NCBI GenBank assembly: GCA_020057505.1
Contig: JAGVFQ010000032.1
Span: 1 to 57,441, forward strand
DNA length: 57,441 nt
Source of the DNA: Patescibacteria group bacterium
GTDB lineage: Bacteria; Patescibacteriota; Patescibacteriia; JAGVFQ01
Direction of reading: 5' to 3'
Shown here: in pieces, positions 42,346 to 52,268 of the stretch
Position numbering within the stretch: position 1 is the first letter of the stretch
Layout: the number at the start of each line of letters is the position of its first letter
Notes under the pieces: generated by a model
The model's input: the letters and a program-made list of their open reading frames with translations, nothing else
What the model was told of the DNA's origin: nothing
The model's database searches: none
Position numbers and translations under genes: made by a program

Positions 42346-42386
42346 AAAACCACTTCGTCGGTTTAAAAGCGAAGTGGTTTTATTTT
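42346..42386 (+). terminator. Strong intrinsic terminator after the pilin gene
   Basis: 12-bp stem AAAACCACTTCG/CGAAGTGGTTTT followed by ATTTT. It is preceded by the perfect palindrome TTTAGAAAATTTTCTAAA. Confidence 0.8.
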
Positions 42387-42439
42387 ACTTTAAAATATAG
42401 TATAATTCATTTAGAATAAGAGTTTTATTTTACGCCATT

Positions 42440-43258
42440 ATGATAATTTTTATCTTTATTTTTGGCCTTGTTATCGGCAGTTTTTTGAACTCCGTAGTTT
42501 TTCGTTTGCATAAAAAACAAACCTTTCTTGTCAGACGATCTTATTGTCCGAAATGTAAGCACGAATTGGGATCGGCCGATTTAGTCCCGCTACTTAGCTT
42601 TTTAATTCAAAAAGGCCGCTGTCGTTATTGCCGGGCGAAAATTTCATGGCAATATCCGCTAGTAGAATTAGCCGCCGGCATAATTTTTGTTTTAGCTTTT
42701 TTGAAATATTTTTCTCCTATCTTACTTTTGCAGCCGCAAAATTGGGATCAGGAGATAATTTATTTTTTTAGAGATTTATTTTATATTTCAATTTTAATTA
42801 TTTTTTTTGTTTATGATTTGAAATATTATTTGATTTCCGATAAAGTCGTGGCGGTATTTTTGATTTCTTTCGTTGCTATAAATTCTGTGTTGATTGCGGC
42901 CGGCTGGCAGTCGGTCGGTTCGTTTTTAAATTTAGCTATTGCGGCTTTGGCTGGCGGATTATTTTTCTTAATTCAAATTCTGATTTCCAAGGGCAAATGG
43001 GTGGGCGGCGGCGATGTGCGATTGGGTTTGGTTATGGGGCTGATGCTCGGCTGGCCCGGACTTGCGGTGGCGTTATTTATCGCTTATACGAGCGGCGCGG
43101 TGGTCGGTATTGTGTTATTGTTTTCTAAAATAAAAAAAATGAAAAGCATGATTCCTTTCGGGCCATTTCTGGCTTTGGGAACTTTCGTTGCCTTGTTATA
43201 CGGCGAGAGAATTTTGGAGTGGTATTGGCGGGATCTGGGTTTGTTTTTGTTAAAATAA
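42440..43258 (+). CDS. pilD: Prepilin peptidase (A24 family)
   Basis: N-terminal Cys pairs are CPKC...CRYC. A polytopic membrane domain follows with GGGDVRLG, an Asp active-site context. Confidence 0.85.
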   Translation: MIIFIFIFGLVIGSFLNSVVFRLHKKQTFLVRRSYCPKCKHELGSADLVPLLSFLIQKGRCRYCRAKISWQYPLVELAAGIIFVLAFLKYFSPILLLQPQNWDQEIIYFFRDLFYISILIIFFVYDLKYYLISDKVVAVFLISFVAINSVLIAAGWQSVGSFLNLAIAALAGGLFFLIQILISKGKWVGGGDVRLGLVMGLMLGWPGLAVALFIAYTSGAVVGIVLLFSKIKKMKSMIPFGPFLALGTFVALLYGERILEWYWRDLGLFLLK

Positions 43259-43321
43259 GACGCAAAATTTTGCGTCTCTACAATGTGTTCAAATGTTTAC
43301 ATGTTTGAATGTTTAAATGAT

Positions 43322-45391
43322 ATGACCAAACAAGAGGCAAAAAATAGAATAGAAAAATTAAAAAAAGAGATAGATCATCATCGCTATCTTTATCACGTAT
43401 TGGATAAGCAAGAAATTTCCGATGCGGCTTTGGATTCCTTGAAACATGAACTTTTTAAATTAGAACAGCAATATCCGGAATTCATCACCTCGGATTCTCC
43501 GACGCAAAGAGTCGGCGGCGAACCTTTGTCGCAATTTCGCAAGATCAGTCATGAAACGCCGATGCTTTCCATTGAAGATGTTTTTTCCAAAGAAGAGCTT
43601 GAAGACTGGAGGGATAGAATCCAAAAGCTTTTACCTCATGAAAAATTTGATTATTATACTGAGGTCAAAATGGACGGGTTGGCAGTTTCTTTGATTTATA
43701 AAGACGGGAAATTTCAAATCGGTTCTACCCGCGGCGACGGCAAAATAGGGGAGGACGTAACTCAGAATTTAAGGACAATCGACGCTATACCGCTTCAACT
43801 GAGAATCCCTTCAGAAAAAGAGATTGATGAATTTTTAAAAAAATTCGGTCAGGGCATGGATACTCTTAAGTTTAAAAAAAGAATGCGCGATTTGAATGGG
43901 GTTATCGAGGTCCGGGGCGAAGCTTTTATGTCGAAGAAAGTTTTTGAAAAAATAAATATTGAGCAGATTAAAAAAGGCGAAGAGCCGTTTGCCAACCCTC
44001 GCAACGCGGCGGCTGGAAGCATCAGGCAGCTTGATCCGAAAATAACCGTTTCGCGGCGGCTTGATTTTTTTGGTTATACTTTGATTACGGAGATGGGTCA
44101 GGTAAAACATGAGCAGTCTCACGAGATTATAAAATTAATAGGTATTAAGGTTAATCCTTTAAATCGGCATTGCGATAATTTGGACCGTGTTGAAGAATTT
44201 CACGAGTATGTTATTAAAAATCGAGAAAAAATGCCATACTGGACCGATGGAGTAGTTGTGGTGGTTAATAATGATCGAGATTTTGATAAACTTGGCGTTG
44301 TTGGTAAGACGCCGCGCGGTATGGTTGCTTATAAATTTCCCGCGGAGCAGGCGACAACGGTTGTTAGAAGTGTTGAATGGCAAGTGGGCCGGACCGGCGC
44401 TCTTACGCCCGTAGCCACGCTTGATCCGGTTTCAATCGGTGGCACGACCGTCACGCACTCCACCTTGCATAATTTTGATGAGATTAGAAGATTGGGCGTA
44501 AAAATCGGCGATACGGTGATTGTGGAACGTGCCGGCGATGTGATCCCAAAAGTAATTAAAGTGTTGCCGAACCTAAGGACGGGGCACGAGAAAAAAATTA
44601 TTCCGCCGAAACAATGTCCTGTCTGCGGCGGGCCCGTGGAGCGCCAGGAAGGGGAGGTAGCTATCCATTGCATGAATCCTCATTGTTTTGCTATAGAGAA
44701 AGAAAAAATTTTGCATTTTGTTTCAAGGCGGGCATTCGATATCGAGGGTTTAGGCGATAAAATTGTCGAGCGTTTTATGACTGAAGGGCTCGTTTTCAGT
44801 CCAGCTGATATTTTTACTTTGACTAAAGGCGACATTGAGCCGCTAGAAAGATTCGCTGAAAAGTCGGCGGAAAATCTCGTCGAAGCGATCGAGAAGAGCA
44901 AGCGGATAAGCTTGGTGAGATTTATTTACGCTCTCGGAATTTTGCACGTGGGCGAGGAGACGTCCGTCGCTCTCGCGAATTATTTCGGCAGTTTGGAAAA
45001 AATAAAGAAAGCGACTCTTGATGAGTTAATTTCTATCCCTGACATAGGAGAAGTGGTCGCTAAAAGTATTTATGAATTTTTTGGAAAAGAAAAAAACAAA
45101 AAAATTGTCGATGAATTGATTAAAAATGGCGTGAAGATCGAAGAGGTAAAACGCGGCAAAAAAACATTGGTCGCGAAGACGTTTGTTTTTACCGGAGAAT
45201 TGGAAAAGATGACTCGCGATGAGGCGAAAGATAAAGTGAGATATTTAGGTGGCGATATTTCCGGCTCCGTGAGCAAAGAAACCGACTACGTGGTAGTGGG
45301 CCGAGAGCCCGGTTCAAAATATGAAAAAGCCAAAAAATTGGGAGTGAAAATTATTAACGAAAAAGAATTTCTAAAATTTTTGAATAGTTAA
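43322..45391 (+). CDS. ligA: NAD-dependent DNA ligase
   Basis: KMDG adenylation lysine, Zn finger CPVCGG...C..C, HhH repeats, and a C-terminal BRCT. The ATG at 43322 (MTKQEAKNRIEKLKKEI) is preferred. Confidence 0.95.
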   Translation: MTKQEAKNRIEKLKKEIDHHRYLYHVLDKQEISDAALDSLKHELFKLEQQYPEFITSDSPTQRVGGEPLSQFRKISHETPMLSIEDVFSKEELEDWRDRIQKLLPHEKFDYYTEVKMDGLAVSLIYKDGKFQIGSTRGDGKIGEDVTQNLRTIDAIPLQLRIPSEKEIDEFLKKFGQGMDTLKFKKRMRDLNGVIEVRGEAFMSKKVFEKINIEQIKKGEEPFANPRNAAAGSIRQLDPKITVSRRLDFFGYTLITEMGQVKHEQSHEIIKLIGIKVNPLNRHCDNLDRVEEFHEYVIKNREKMPYWTDGVVVVVNNDRDFDKLGVVGKTPRGMVAYKFPAEQATTVVRSVEWQVGRTGALTPVATLDPVSIGGTTVTHSTLHNFDEIRRLGVKIGDTVIVERAGDVIPKVIKVLPNLRTGHEKKIIPPKQCPVCGGPVERQEGEVAIHCMNPHCFAIEKEKILHFVSRRAFDIEGLGDKIVERFMTEGLVFSPADIFTLTKGDIEPLERFAEKSAENLVEAIEKSKRISLVRFIYALGILHVGEETSVALANYFGSLEKIKKATLDELISIPDIGEVVAKSIYEFFGKEKNKKIVDELIKNGVKIEEVKRGKKTLVAKTFVFTGELEKMTRDEAKDKVRYLGGDISGSVSKETDYVVVGREPGSKYEKAKKLGVKIINEKEFLKFLNS

Positions 45392-45402
45392 ATTTCCTAT
45401 AA

Positions 45403-45563
45403 ACGAAAAAAGGGCGCAAGGTGCGCCCCAAACAGTAGCGGAACTTCTTTAGGAAATATACCCCTATTGATGAGGGGTGTGAGGGCTGTTATTTGTCAAC
45501 GCTAATACTGTTTTTTCTAATCCTCTCTACGGATATTATAAAAAAGAGCAAATAAATTTTCTT
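45403..45563 (-). ncRNA. Candidate small RNA (about 160 nt) in the ligA-gatC spacer
   Basis: The minus-strand promoter is TTGACT (45593-45598), a 17-nt spacer, and TATAAT (45570-45575). The terminator is GGGGCGCA-CCT-TGCGCCC followed by TTTTTT (45405-45430). Internal helices are AACAGUA..AGCG/CGCU-ACUGUU and CCCCU-N7-AGGGG. There is no ATG-initiated ORF. Confidence 0.4.
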
Positions 45564-45602
45564 ATAAAAATTATATCGGATGTTAATTAATTAGTCAAAT
45601 AT

Positions 45603-45745
45603 AACAAAAAATGGGCGCATATAAGAAATGCGCCCCATCTTGGTGGAGGGTACCGTTGCTGGGATCGGCGGGGGATAAAGACTTTTGCCAAGATGATTGG
45701 TCGGAAAATTCCTCTTATTGATTAAATCGTAAAGAGCATTGGTTT
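45603..45745 (-). ncRNA. Second candidate small RNA in the ligA-gatC spacer (5-prime end uncertain)
   Basis: The minus-strand terminator is GGGGCGCAT-N7-ATGCGCCC followed by ATTTTTTG (45605-45632). An 8-bp helix CAUCUUGG/CCAAGAUG encloses a C-rich loop. Only a weak promoter (TTGACA...TATCTT) is visible near 45750-45781. Confidence 0.3.
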
Positions 45746-45774
45746 ATATACATAAGATAGCATGATTATGAAAT

Positions 45775-45803
45775 TTGTCAATAATAGCAAAGACTGCTAT
45801 AAT
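45775..45803 (+). promoter_or_regulatory. Promoter TTGTCA-N17-TATAAT for gatCA
   Basis: Hexamers and the 17-nt spacer were counted directly. It lies about 32 nt upstream of the gatC ATG. Confidence 0.6.
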
Positions 45804-45835
45804 AGAACAACATTTTATTAAATTGTTTACAAAAT

Positions 45836-46129
45836 ATGAAGTTAACTAAAGAAGAAGTCGAGCATATCGCCAAACTGGCTCGGCTTGGCATATCGGAAGA
45901 AGAAAAAGAAAAATTCCGCGACCAATTGTCGTCAATTTTAGAATACGTTGAACAATTGAAAGAAGTGGATACCGATGAGATTTCACCTACGGCTCAAGTG
46001 ACGGGATTAGAAAACGTCATGGCGGCGGATGTGATTAGTGATTGCGACGAGGAGACGATGAAAAAGTTGGTCGCGAGCGCGCCGATGCATGATGATAATT
46101 ATATAAAAGTTAGAGGAGTGTTTGAATAG
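45836..46129 (+). CDS. gatC: Asp/Glu-tRNA amidotransferase subunit C
   Basis: VEHIAKLARLGISEEEKEKF...ILEYVEQL...VD, about 97 aa. Confidence 0.9.
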   Translation: MKLTKEEVEHIAKLARLGISEEEKEKFRDQLSSILEYVEQLKEVDTDEISPTAQVTGLENVMAADVISDCDEETMKKLVASAPMHDDNYIKVRGVFE

Positions 46130-46130
46130 T

Positions 46131-47594
46131 ATGTCTCTTAATAATCTGACAATTAAAGAAGCGCACGATGGTTTGAAGAAAAAAGAATTTTCTTCTGTCG
46201 ATCTCGCCAAGGCTTGTTTAGAACAAATCAAAAAGACTGATGAAAAGATTAAGGCTTTTATTACCGTTACTGAGGATATTGCTTTAAAGCAAGCAGAAGC
46301 GGCTGATAAGAAAGCCGATTTTTCCAATCCTTTGGCCGGCATTCCTTTTGCCCTAAAAGATTGTTTTTGCGTGCAAGGAATCAAATCAACTGGCGGTTCA
46401 AAAATTTTAGCCAATTATATTCCTCCCTTTTCCGCGACTTCGGCAGAAAAACTGGAAAAAGAGAGCGGCGTTTTATTAGGTAAAGTTAATCTGGATGAAT
46501 TCACGATGGGCTCGTCCTGCGAAAATTCCGGTTTTTTTCCGACTAAAAATCCATGGGATCTTGAACGAGTGCCAGGCGGTTCGTCGGGCGGTTCTGCCGC
46601 CGCGGTAGCTGCTGATCAATGTTTTTATAGTTTGGGTACAGATACTGGCGGCTCTATTCGCGAACCAGCTTCTTTTTGTGGCACTGTCGGCCTGAAAGTG
46701 ACCTATGGCCGAGTGTCCCGCTATGGCGTGATGTCTTATGCTTCGTCGTTTGATACGATTGGGCCATTAACCAAAACTGTGGAAGACGCGGCTATAGTTT
46801 TAAATACCATCGCCGGCCATGATTCAAAAGATTCTACGACGCCGCCCGTGGCCGTTCCCGATTATACTTTTGATTTAAAAAAGGACATTAAAGGTTTGAA
46901 AATTGGCGTGCCGAAGGAATACTTTGTCAAAGGGATGGATCCGGCGATAGAAAAATCCGTTCAAGAAGCGATTAAAAAATTTGAAGATTTGGGCGCCAAA
47001 ATCGTTGAAGTTAGTTTGCCCTTAACGAAATACGCCATCGCCACTTATTATATTCTAGTAAAATCCGAGGCGAGCGCCAATCTGGCGCGCTATGACGGCG
47101 TTCGTTATGGTTTTTCTGCCACGGCGGATAGTTTGTCGCAAAATTATCTAGAAACTAAAGCACAAGGATTTGGTCCGGAAGTTAAGCGCAGTATTATGAT
47201 GGGCACCTACGCGCTTTCCGCCGGCTACTATGACGCGTATTATTTGAAAGCGGCGAAAGTTCGGACCTTAATTAAGCGGGAATTTGATCAAGTTTTTAAA
47301 GACATTGATTGCCTTGTGGCACCCGTGACCCCGATGTTGCCATTCAAATTAGGTGAAAAGGTTGATGATCCCTTGCAAATGTATTTAGCTGATATTTTTA
47401 CCGTGCCGATCAATACTGCCGGCGTGCCGGCGATTTCTTTGCCTTGCGGCTTTGCCAAACCGCAAAACGGCGACAAAGAATTGCCCATTGGCCTCCAAAT
47501 AATCGGCAAGCATTTTGATGAAAAAACTATTTTGCGGGCGGCTTATAATTATGAGCAGGCGACAGAGTGGCACAAGAGAAAGCCCAATTTATAA
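46131..47594 (+). CDS. gatA: Asp/Glu-tRNA amidotransferase subunit A (amidase signature family)
   Basis: Amidase signature GGSSGGSAAAVAA...GTDTGGSIREPA. The ATG at 46131 lies just after the gatC stop. Confidence 0.95.
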   Translation: MSLNNLTIKEAHDGLKKKEFSSVDLAKACLEQIKKTDEKIKAFITVTEDIALKQAEAADKKADFSNPLAGIPFALKDCFCVQGIKSTGGSKILANYIPPFSATSAEKLEKESGVLLGKVNLDEFTMGSSCENSGFFPTKNPWDLERVPGGSSGGSAAAVAADQCFYSLGTDTGGSIREPASFCGTVGLKVTYGRVSRYGVMSYASSFDTIGPLTKTVEDAAIVLNTIAGHDSKDSTTPPVAVPDYTFDLKKDIKGLKIGVPKEYFVKGMDPAIEKSVQEAIKKFEDLGAKIVEVSLPLTKYAIATYYILVKSEASANLARYDGVRYGFSATADSLSQNYLETKAQGFGPEVKRSIMMGTYALSAGYYDAYYLKAAKVRTLIKREFDQVFKDIDCLVAPVTPMLPFKLGEKVDDPLQMYLADIFTVPINTAGVPAISLPCGFAKPQNGDKELPIGLQIIGKHFDEKTILRAAYNYEQATEWHKRKPNL

Positions 47595-47617
47595 ATAATA
47601 AATAATATTTATTTGCT

Positions 47618-48646
47618 ATGGAAAAAAGAATTGTAATTTTGGGATTAGGCGGAACTATAGGTATGGTGCCCGACAAAGCCGGCGTGTTGAAGCCGGCAAA
47701 AGATATTAAAGAAATTCTTGAAATTGTTCCCACTCTAAAAGAATTCGCCAAACTTACGCTTAATCAAATTGAAAATAGAGACAGTACTAATATTAATCCC
47801 AACCATTGGTCGCGGCTTGCTTTGGAAATTAGTAAAATCCATAATGAAGTTGATGGAATAATTATAACGCACGGAACAGATACGATGGCGTATACCGCTA
47901 GCGCTATTTCTCTGGCTTTGAGCCGGGGATTAAAAATTCCTATTGTTTTTACTGGTTCCCAGCTTCCCTTAATGGCTTTTGGCACTGACGCCAGATTTAA
48001 TTTAGAGAATTCGATGAAGGTGATCGTTGAAGCTATTAAGGCCGATATTAATGAAGTGATGATAGTTTTTAGTGACAAGGTTTTTCGAGCCAATCGAGCA
48101 ATTAAAATAAGCGAATCAAGGTTTCCAGCTTATGATTCTCCCGCCATTATACCCTTGGCGGAAATTACTGCGATAGGCGTAGAATTTAGCTCTCATGTTT
48201 TAAAACGCGATAAAAATATCAGCTTTGAACTTAGGAATAATTTTAGTCGTGGGATCTTGGCGATTGACCTCGTTCCCGGGCTTAACCCCGAAATTTTAAT
48301 GGCAGTTTTGGAGTCGGGTAAATGCCATGGTTTATTATTAAAATCCTTGGGTGCCGGCAATGTTCCATTTGAAGATGAATATTCTTTAATTCCTTTGATA
48401 AAAAATGCGATTACTAAATATAAAATTCCCGTATTAGTTTCCACTAAATTTATCGGCGGTAGAACCAATTTGAATATATATGAGCCGGGCAAATTAGCTC
48501 TTGACGCTGGCGCTATTCCCACGGGGGATATGACGGACGTAATGTCACAAGTAAAATTTATGTGGGCGTTGGGACAGGGATATAATGATTTGAAAGAACT
48601 TCAAAAAGTTATCAGTACTGATTTTGTAGGCGAGATTACAGTTTAA
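47618..48646 (+). CDS. Type I L-asparaginase / glutaminase family protein (AnsA/GatD-like)
   Basis: GLGGTIGM (catalytic Thr region) and HGTDTMAYTA. Confidence 0.85.
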   Translation: MEKRIVILGLGGTIGMVPDKAGVLKPAKDIKEILEIVPTLKEFAKLTLNQIENRDSTNINPNHWSRLALEISKIHNEVDGIIITHGTDTMAYTASAISLALSRGLKIPIVFTGSQLPLMAFGTDARFNLENSMKVIVEAIKADINEVMIVFSDKVFRANRAIKISESRFPAYDSPAIIPLAEITAIGVEFSSHVLKRDKNISFELRNNFSRGILAIDLVPGLNPEILMAVLESGKCHGLLLKSLGAGNVPFEDEYSLIPLIKNAITKYKIPVLVSTKFIGGRTNLNIYEPGKLALDAGAIPTGDMTDVMSQVKFMWALGQGYNDLKELQKVISTDFVGEITV

Positions 48647-48670
48647 TTTTTTATTTTAAGGGTTATTCCG

Positions 48671-48699
48671 GCCGCTATTGCCACAATAGTGGCTTTTTG
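48671..48699 (+). terminator. Intrinsic terminator
   Basis: 10-bp stem GCCGCTATTG/CAATAGTGGC (one G-U pair), a 3-nt loop, then TTTTTG. Confidence 0.7.
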
Positions 48700-48853
48700 T
48701 TTAGCATAAATTAATCAAATTGTAGTTATATTTTATTTTTGGTATAATTTAATTAGAATTAAGAAGTAAGTAAAGTAATAATTAAGTTTAAATAGCGGTT
48801 ATTAAAAATCTTAGTTTAATTTACTTAATTCTGAATTTACTCAATTTTATTTT

Positions 48854-50011
48854 ATGAAGAAGTTATTTTTTTTCATTTTAACTCTAGTTTTATCAATTTC
48901 TTCCGGATCAGCCAACGCGGCGACTTATCAATATGATTTGGGAATTTCCACGCCGGATATATTTTTTTCCAAAGATGTCCTTGTGGCGGGGGAGCAGGTG
49001 CGGCTTTATGCGGTAATTCATAATATGGGCGACAAAGACGTGGCCGGTTATGTCACGTTTTTTCAAGGTGATAAATTAATAGGCAGCTCACAGGCAGTTT
49101 CCGTTCGGGCGCATGGATTAAATGATGAAGTCTATGTTGATTGGGTGGTGCCAATCGGGAGTTTTAATATCAGGGCGGAAATCAGGGGACAGGACCCGCA
49201 AGACGAGAATTCAGCCAATGATGTTGCAATTACCAGTCTTTATGTGCCGGTAAAAGACACAGATCGTGACGGCGTCATAGATAGTAATGATAATTGTCCT
49301 ACTATTGCGAACGCCAATCAGGTAGATTATGACAAGGATGGCTTGGGTGATGCCTGTGATCTTGACGATGACAATGACGGCGTACTGGACAGCCAGGATT
49401 CTTATCCGCTTGATTCAACACGGCCAGGACGCGGAACCTCCATTGAAAACGCCAATACTAACTCCACGCCACAGCCTTCCACAAACGGCAATATTGATTC
49501 TAATGTAAATAATGCAATTAATAATGCCGCTAATACTGGCATTGGATCTGATGCAACTTCCAAAGAATCATTGTCGGGAAATATTAACTCAATTAATGGC
49601 GACCTTTTAGTAGAAGCCGGACTAAATGAAGGAATCTATGAAGGTCCGGGTTTGGCTCAAGTTTCGATTAGTTTGACAAGGCAAGGTTGGAATACCTATT
49701 TTTTAAAGCCGGAAATCAAGGGATATGATTTGGGCAGCCTTTCGTACGCATGGGATTTTGGCGATGGCGCCAAATCGAGCCAAGAAGAAATCGTTCATAC
49801 TTATAAAAAGTTCGGAAATTATAATATCAAACTTGTCGTAAGCGAACGGGAAACCAGTAGAATAAAAGAAGGTAATGCCAAAATTGAAATCAGTTTTTTT
49901 AATTTAGGCAATTGGCAGCTGCAATTGGTTTTGGGTTTATTGATTCTGGGATTAATCTATTTGGTTTATCTTTGGGCTAAATTAAGATTAAAGCATAAAG
50001 CCAAGAAGTAG
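48854..50011 (+). CDS. Secreted, C-terminally anchored protein with CARDB-like, thrombospondin type 3 (Ca-binding) repeat and PKD domains
   Basis: Signal peptide. [15 protein letters not shown]...[22 protein letters not shown] are TSP3 repeats. YAWDFGDG...[15 protein letters not shown] is PKD-like. There is a C-terminal TM helix with a basic tail. Confidence 0.7.
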   Translation: MKKLFFFILTLVLSISSGSANAATYQYDLGISTPDIFFSKDVLVAGEQVRLYAVIHNMGDKDVAGYVTFFQGDKLIGSSQAVSVRAHGLNDEVYVDWVVPIGSFNIRAEIRGQDPQDENSANDVAITSLYVPVKDTDRDGVIDSNDNCPTIANANQVDYDKDGLGDACDLDDDNDGVLDSQDSYPLDSTRPGRGTSIENANTNSTPQPSTNGNIDSNVNNAINNAANTGIGSDATSKESLSGNINSINGDLLVEAGLNEGIYEGPGLAQVSISLTRQGWNTYFLKPEIKGYDLGSLSYAWDFGDGAKSSQEEIVHTYKKFGNYNIKLVVSERETSRIKEGNAKIEISFFNLGNWQLQLVLGLLILGLIYLVYLWAKLRLKHKAKK

Positions 50012-50082
50012 CGGATTTTCAGTTATGGTGTTCTGGATTATTTATGGCGGAAATAGAATTTTTCCTTTAGTTTAATAATAAA

Positions 50083-50110
50083 ATGGGCACCTGATCGTGC
50101 CCATTTTGTC
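50083..50110 (+). terminator. Intrinsic terminator
   Basis: ATGGGCAC-CTGATC-GTGCCCAT followed by TTTGTC. Confidence 0.7.
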
Positions 50111-50188
50111 GCTTGTGGCTTTTGACATTTGATGAATAGTGAAGCATAATAAATATGAAAAACCATATTTATTATTAATATTATTTAT

Positions 50189-50422
50189 ATGAATAAATCA
50201 TTATTTGATGATTTTTTGTGTTGTGGAGCCACAAAAGTCGGAGAAAGAGGACAAGTGGTTATCCCCATTGAAATCAGGAAAAAAATGAAAATTAAGCCCG
50301 GAGATAAACTATTTGTATTTTCCAAATTTAATGAAGTCGTCGGTTTGATTAAACCCGAACATTTTGATGATATTTTAACTGAATTAACCAAAACTTTGCA
50401 AAAATTAAAACATAATAATTAA
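50189..50422 (+). CDS. AbrB/MazE/SpoVT-family DNA-binding protein
   Basis: GERGQVVIPIEIRKKMKIKPGDKLFV (swapped-hairpin barrel motif). Confidence 0.7.
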   Translation: MNKSLFDDFLCCGATKVGERGQVVIPIEIRKKMKIKPGDKLFVFSKFNEVVGLIKPEHFDDILTELTKTLQKLKHNN

Positions 50423-50432
50423 TAAATATTAT

Positions 50433-52256
50433 ATGAAGAAAATTTTATCATTTTTAGAAACTATAATTCGAAAAAAATGGTTTTGGATAATTTTTATACC
50501 AATTGTTATTATTGTAATCTATTCGATTAGTAAGGCTGCTATGAATGGTAAAATACAATACGTTACGGAGCAAGCCAAGAAAAGCGATATCAGCCGAACC
50601 GTATCTGCGACCGGCACGGTCAGCACTTCGGATAAGATTGATTTGAATTTTAAGGTCACGGGCAAGCTGGCTCAAGTTTTGGTTTCTGAAGGTGATAATG
50701 TCATAACGAGCCAAGTATTGGCCAAACTTGATTCCGGAAGCGCAATCATACAAGTAAAACAATCCGCCGCGAGTTACGCCACCGCCAAAGCCAATCTCGA
50801 TAAATTATTGGCTGGCGCGAGCCGGGAGGATGTTAATATTTCCAAGGAAACCGTAGCGAATGCCAAGACCGCCTATGAAAATTCATTAAATGATTATAAT
50901 GCCACAGTAGCTAATTATGAACGCGTTGTTTCCAATGCTGAGATCGCACTTGCTGATAGTAAGAAAAATTTGGATAATGCCAAAAATTCCAACAATCAAG
51001 CCGTATTGAATTCCCAAAGCAGTGCGATGACTGCCATGGATTCGAATATTCTCGTGGGAGGTATTGTTTTGAACAATATAAATTACAATTTAACGCTCGT
51101 GAACGGCGTCACTGCCGATCAATCATCGGTTAGCAACTGCCAAAATTATCGCTTGCTCGGAGTAGGGGAAATAGACAAAGCTAAAATTGCGCTCGCAAAA
51201 GCGCAAACCACTGATGATATTAATGATAATTTCCAAGCATTGAATCAGACTATATCAGCGTTGAATAAAATTTTAATTTCATTGAATTATTTATTTGACG
51301 CTGTCGCCTCGGCTACCAGCAGTTCGACTGCGCAATTAACTCTGATTGAAAATTTAAAAACCAGTGTTAAGGCCGATCAGACGTCTATTTCAACCGCCCT
51401 AACCGCGGTGCAGAGTGCTGAGCAATCTTTGATCAATGCAGAGAATAACTATCAGACGCAAGTCGATACTTATCAAGCGGCAGTAAATACCGCGCAAAAT
51501 ACTTTAAACGCGGCGTTAACGAATAAAAATGTTCAAATTTCAGAGGCCAAATCGGCAGTGGATAGCGCCCTCGGAGCTTATAATCTGGCCAAAGCCCAAT
51601 ATGATCTGAAAGTTGCGTTACCCCGCAATGTTGATATTTCATATTATCGTTCTCAGGTGGACCAGGCCAGAGCCGCATTGGATTTGGCGCAAAATCAGCT
51701 TAATGATTACACGCTAAAAGCTCCTACGGATGGCGTGATTAGCTTCGTTAATTATGGCGCGGGCGAGCAGATTGATATGACAAAACCAGTTATATCGATG
51801 ATCGGCAAAAGTAAATTTTATATCGAGGTTGATGTCCCTGAATCCGATATTGCCAAAATACAGATTGATAATCCGACTGCCATCACTCTTGATGCCTATT
51901 CTGATGAATTGAAATTCAGCGGCAAAGTTATTTTGATTTATCCGGCGGAAACAGTTATTCAGGATGTTGTCTATTATAAAATAAAAATAGAGTTGGCTGA
52001 TTCCAATCAATACGAAATAAAAACAGGAATGACGGCTAATTGCGACATTCTTACCGCGTTCAAGAAAGATGCTTTAGTTATTCCGTTCCGCGCCGTGCAA
52101 GATAAAAACGGAATAAAATTCGTTCAGATAATGGTTGATAATAAAATTCAGGACAAGAACGTTACTCTCGGGCTTCGGGGCGATGAAGGGGAAGTGGAAA
52201 TTTTGTCCGGTTTGGTTGAAGACGATAATGTGGTAGTTTTTGAAAAAACTCAATAA
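50433..52256 (+). CDS. HlyD/MacA-family periplasmic adaptor with an unusually long coiled-coil
   Basis: N-terminal TM helix. Lipoyl-like halves (TVSTSDKIDLNFKVTGKL...; LKAPTDGVISFVN). The central helical region is about 330 aa. Confidence 0.8.
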   Translation: MKKILSFLETIIRKKWFWIIFIPIVIIVIYSISKAAMNGKIQYVTEQAKKSDISRTVSATGTVSTSDKIDLNFKVTGKLAQVLVSEGDNVITSQVLAKLDSGSAIIQVKQSAASYATAKANLDKLLAGASREDVNISKETVANAKTAYENSLNDYNATVANYERVVSNAEIALADSKKNLDNAKNSNNQAVLNSQSSAMTAMDSNILVGGIVLNNINYNLTLVNGVTADQSSVSNCQNYRLLGVGEIDKAKIALAKAQTTDDINDNFQALNQTISALNKILISLNYLFDAVASATSSSTAQLTLIENLKTSVKADQTSISTALTAVQSAEQSLINAENNYQTQVDTYQAAVNTAQNTLNAALTNKNVQISEAKSAVDSALGAYNLAKAQYDLKVALPRNVDISYYRSQVDQARAALDLAQNQLNDYTLKAPTDGVISFVNYGAGEQIDMTKPVISMIGKSKFYIEVDVPESDIAKIQIDNPTAITLDAYSDELKFSGKVILIYPAETVIQDVVYYKIKIELADSNQYEIKTGMTANCDILTAFKKDALVIPFRAVQDKNGIKFVQIMVDNKIQDKNVTLGLRGDEGEVEILSGLVEDDNVVVFEKTQ

Positions 52257-52268
52257 TAATTATAAATT

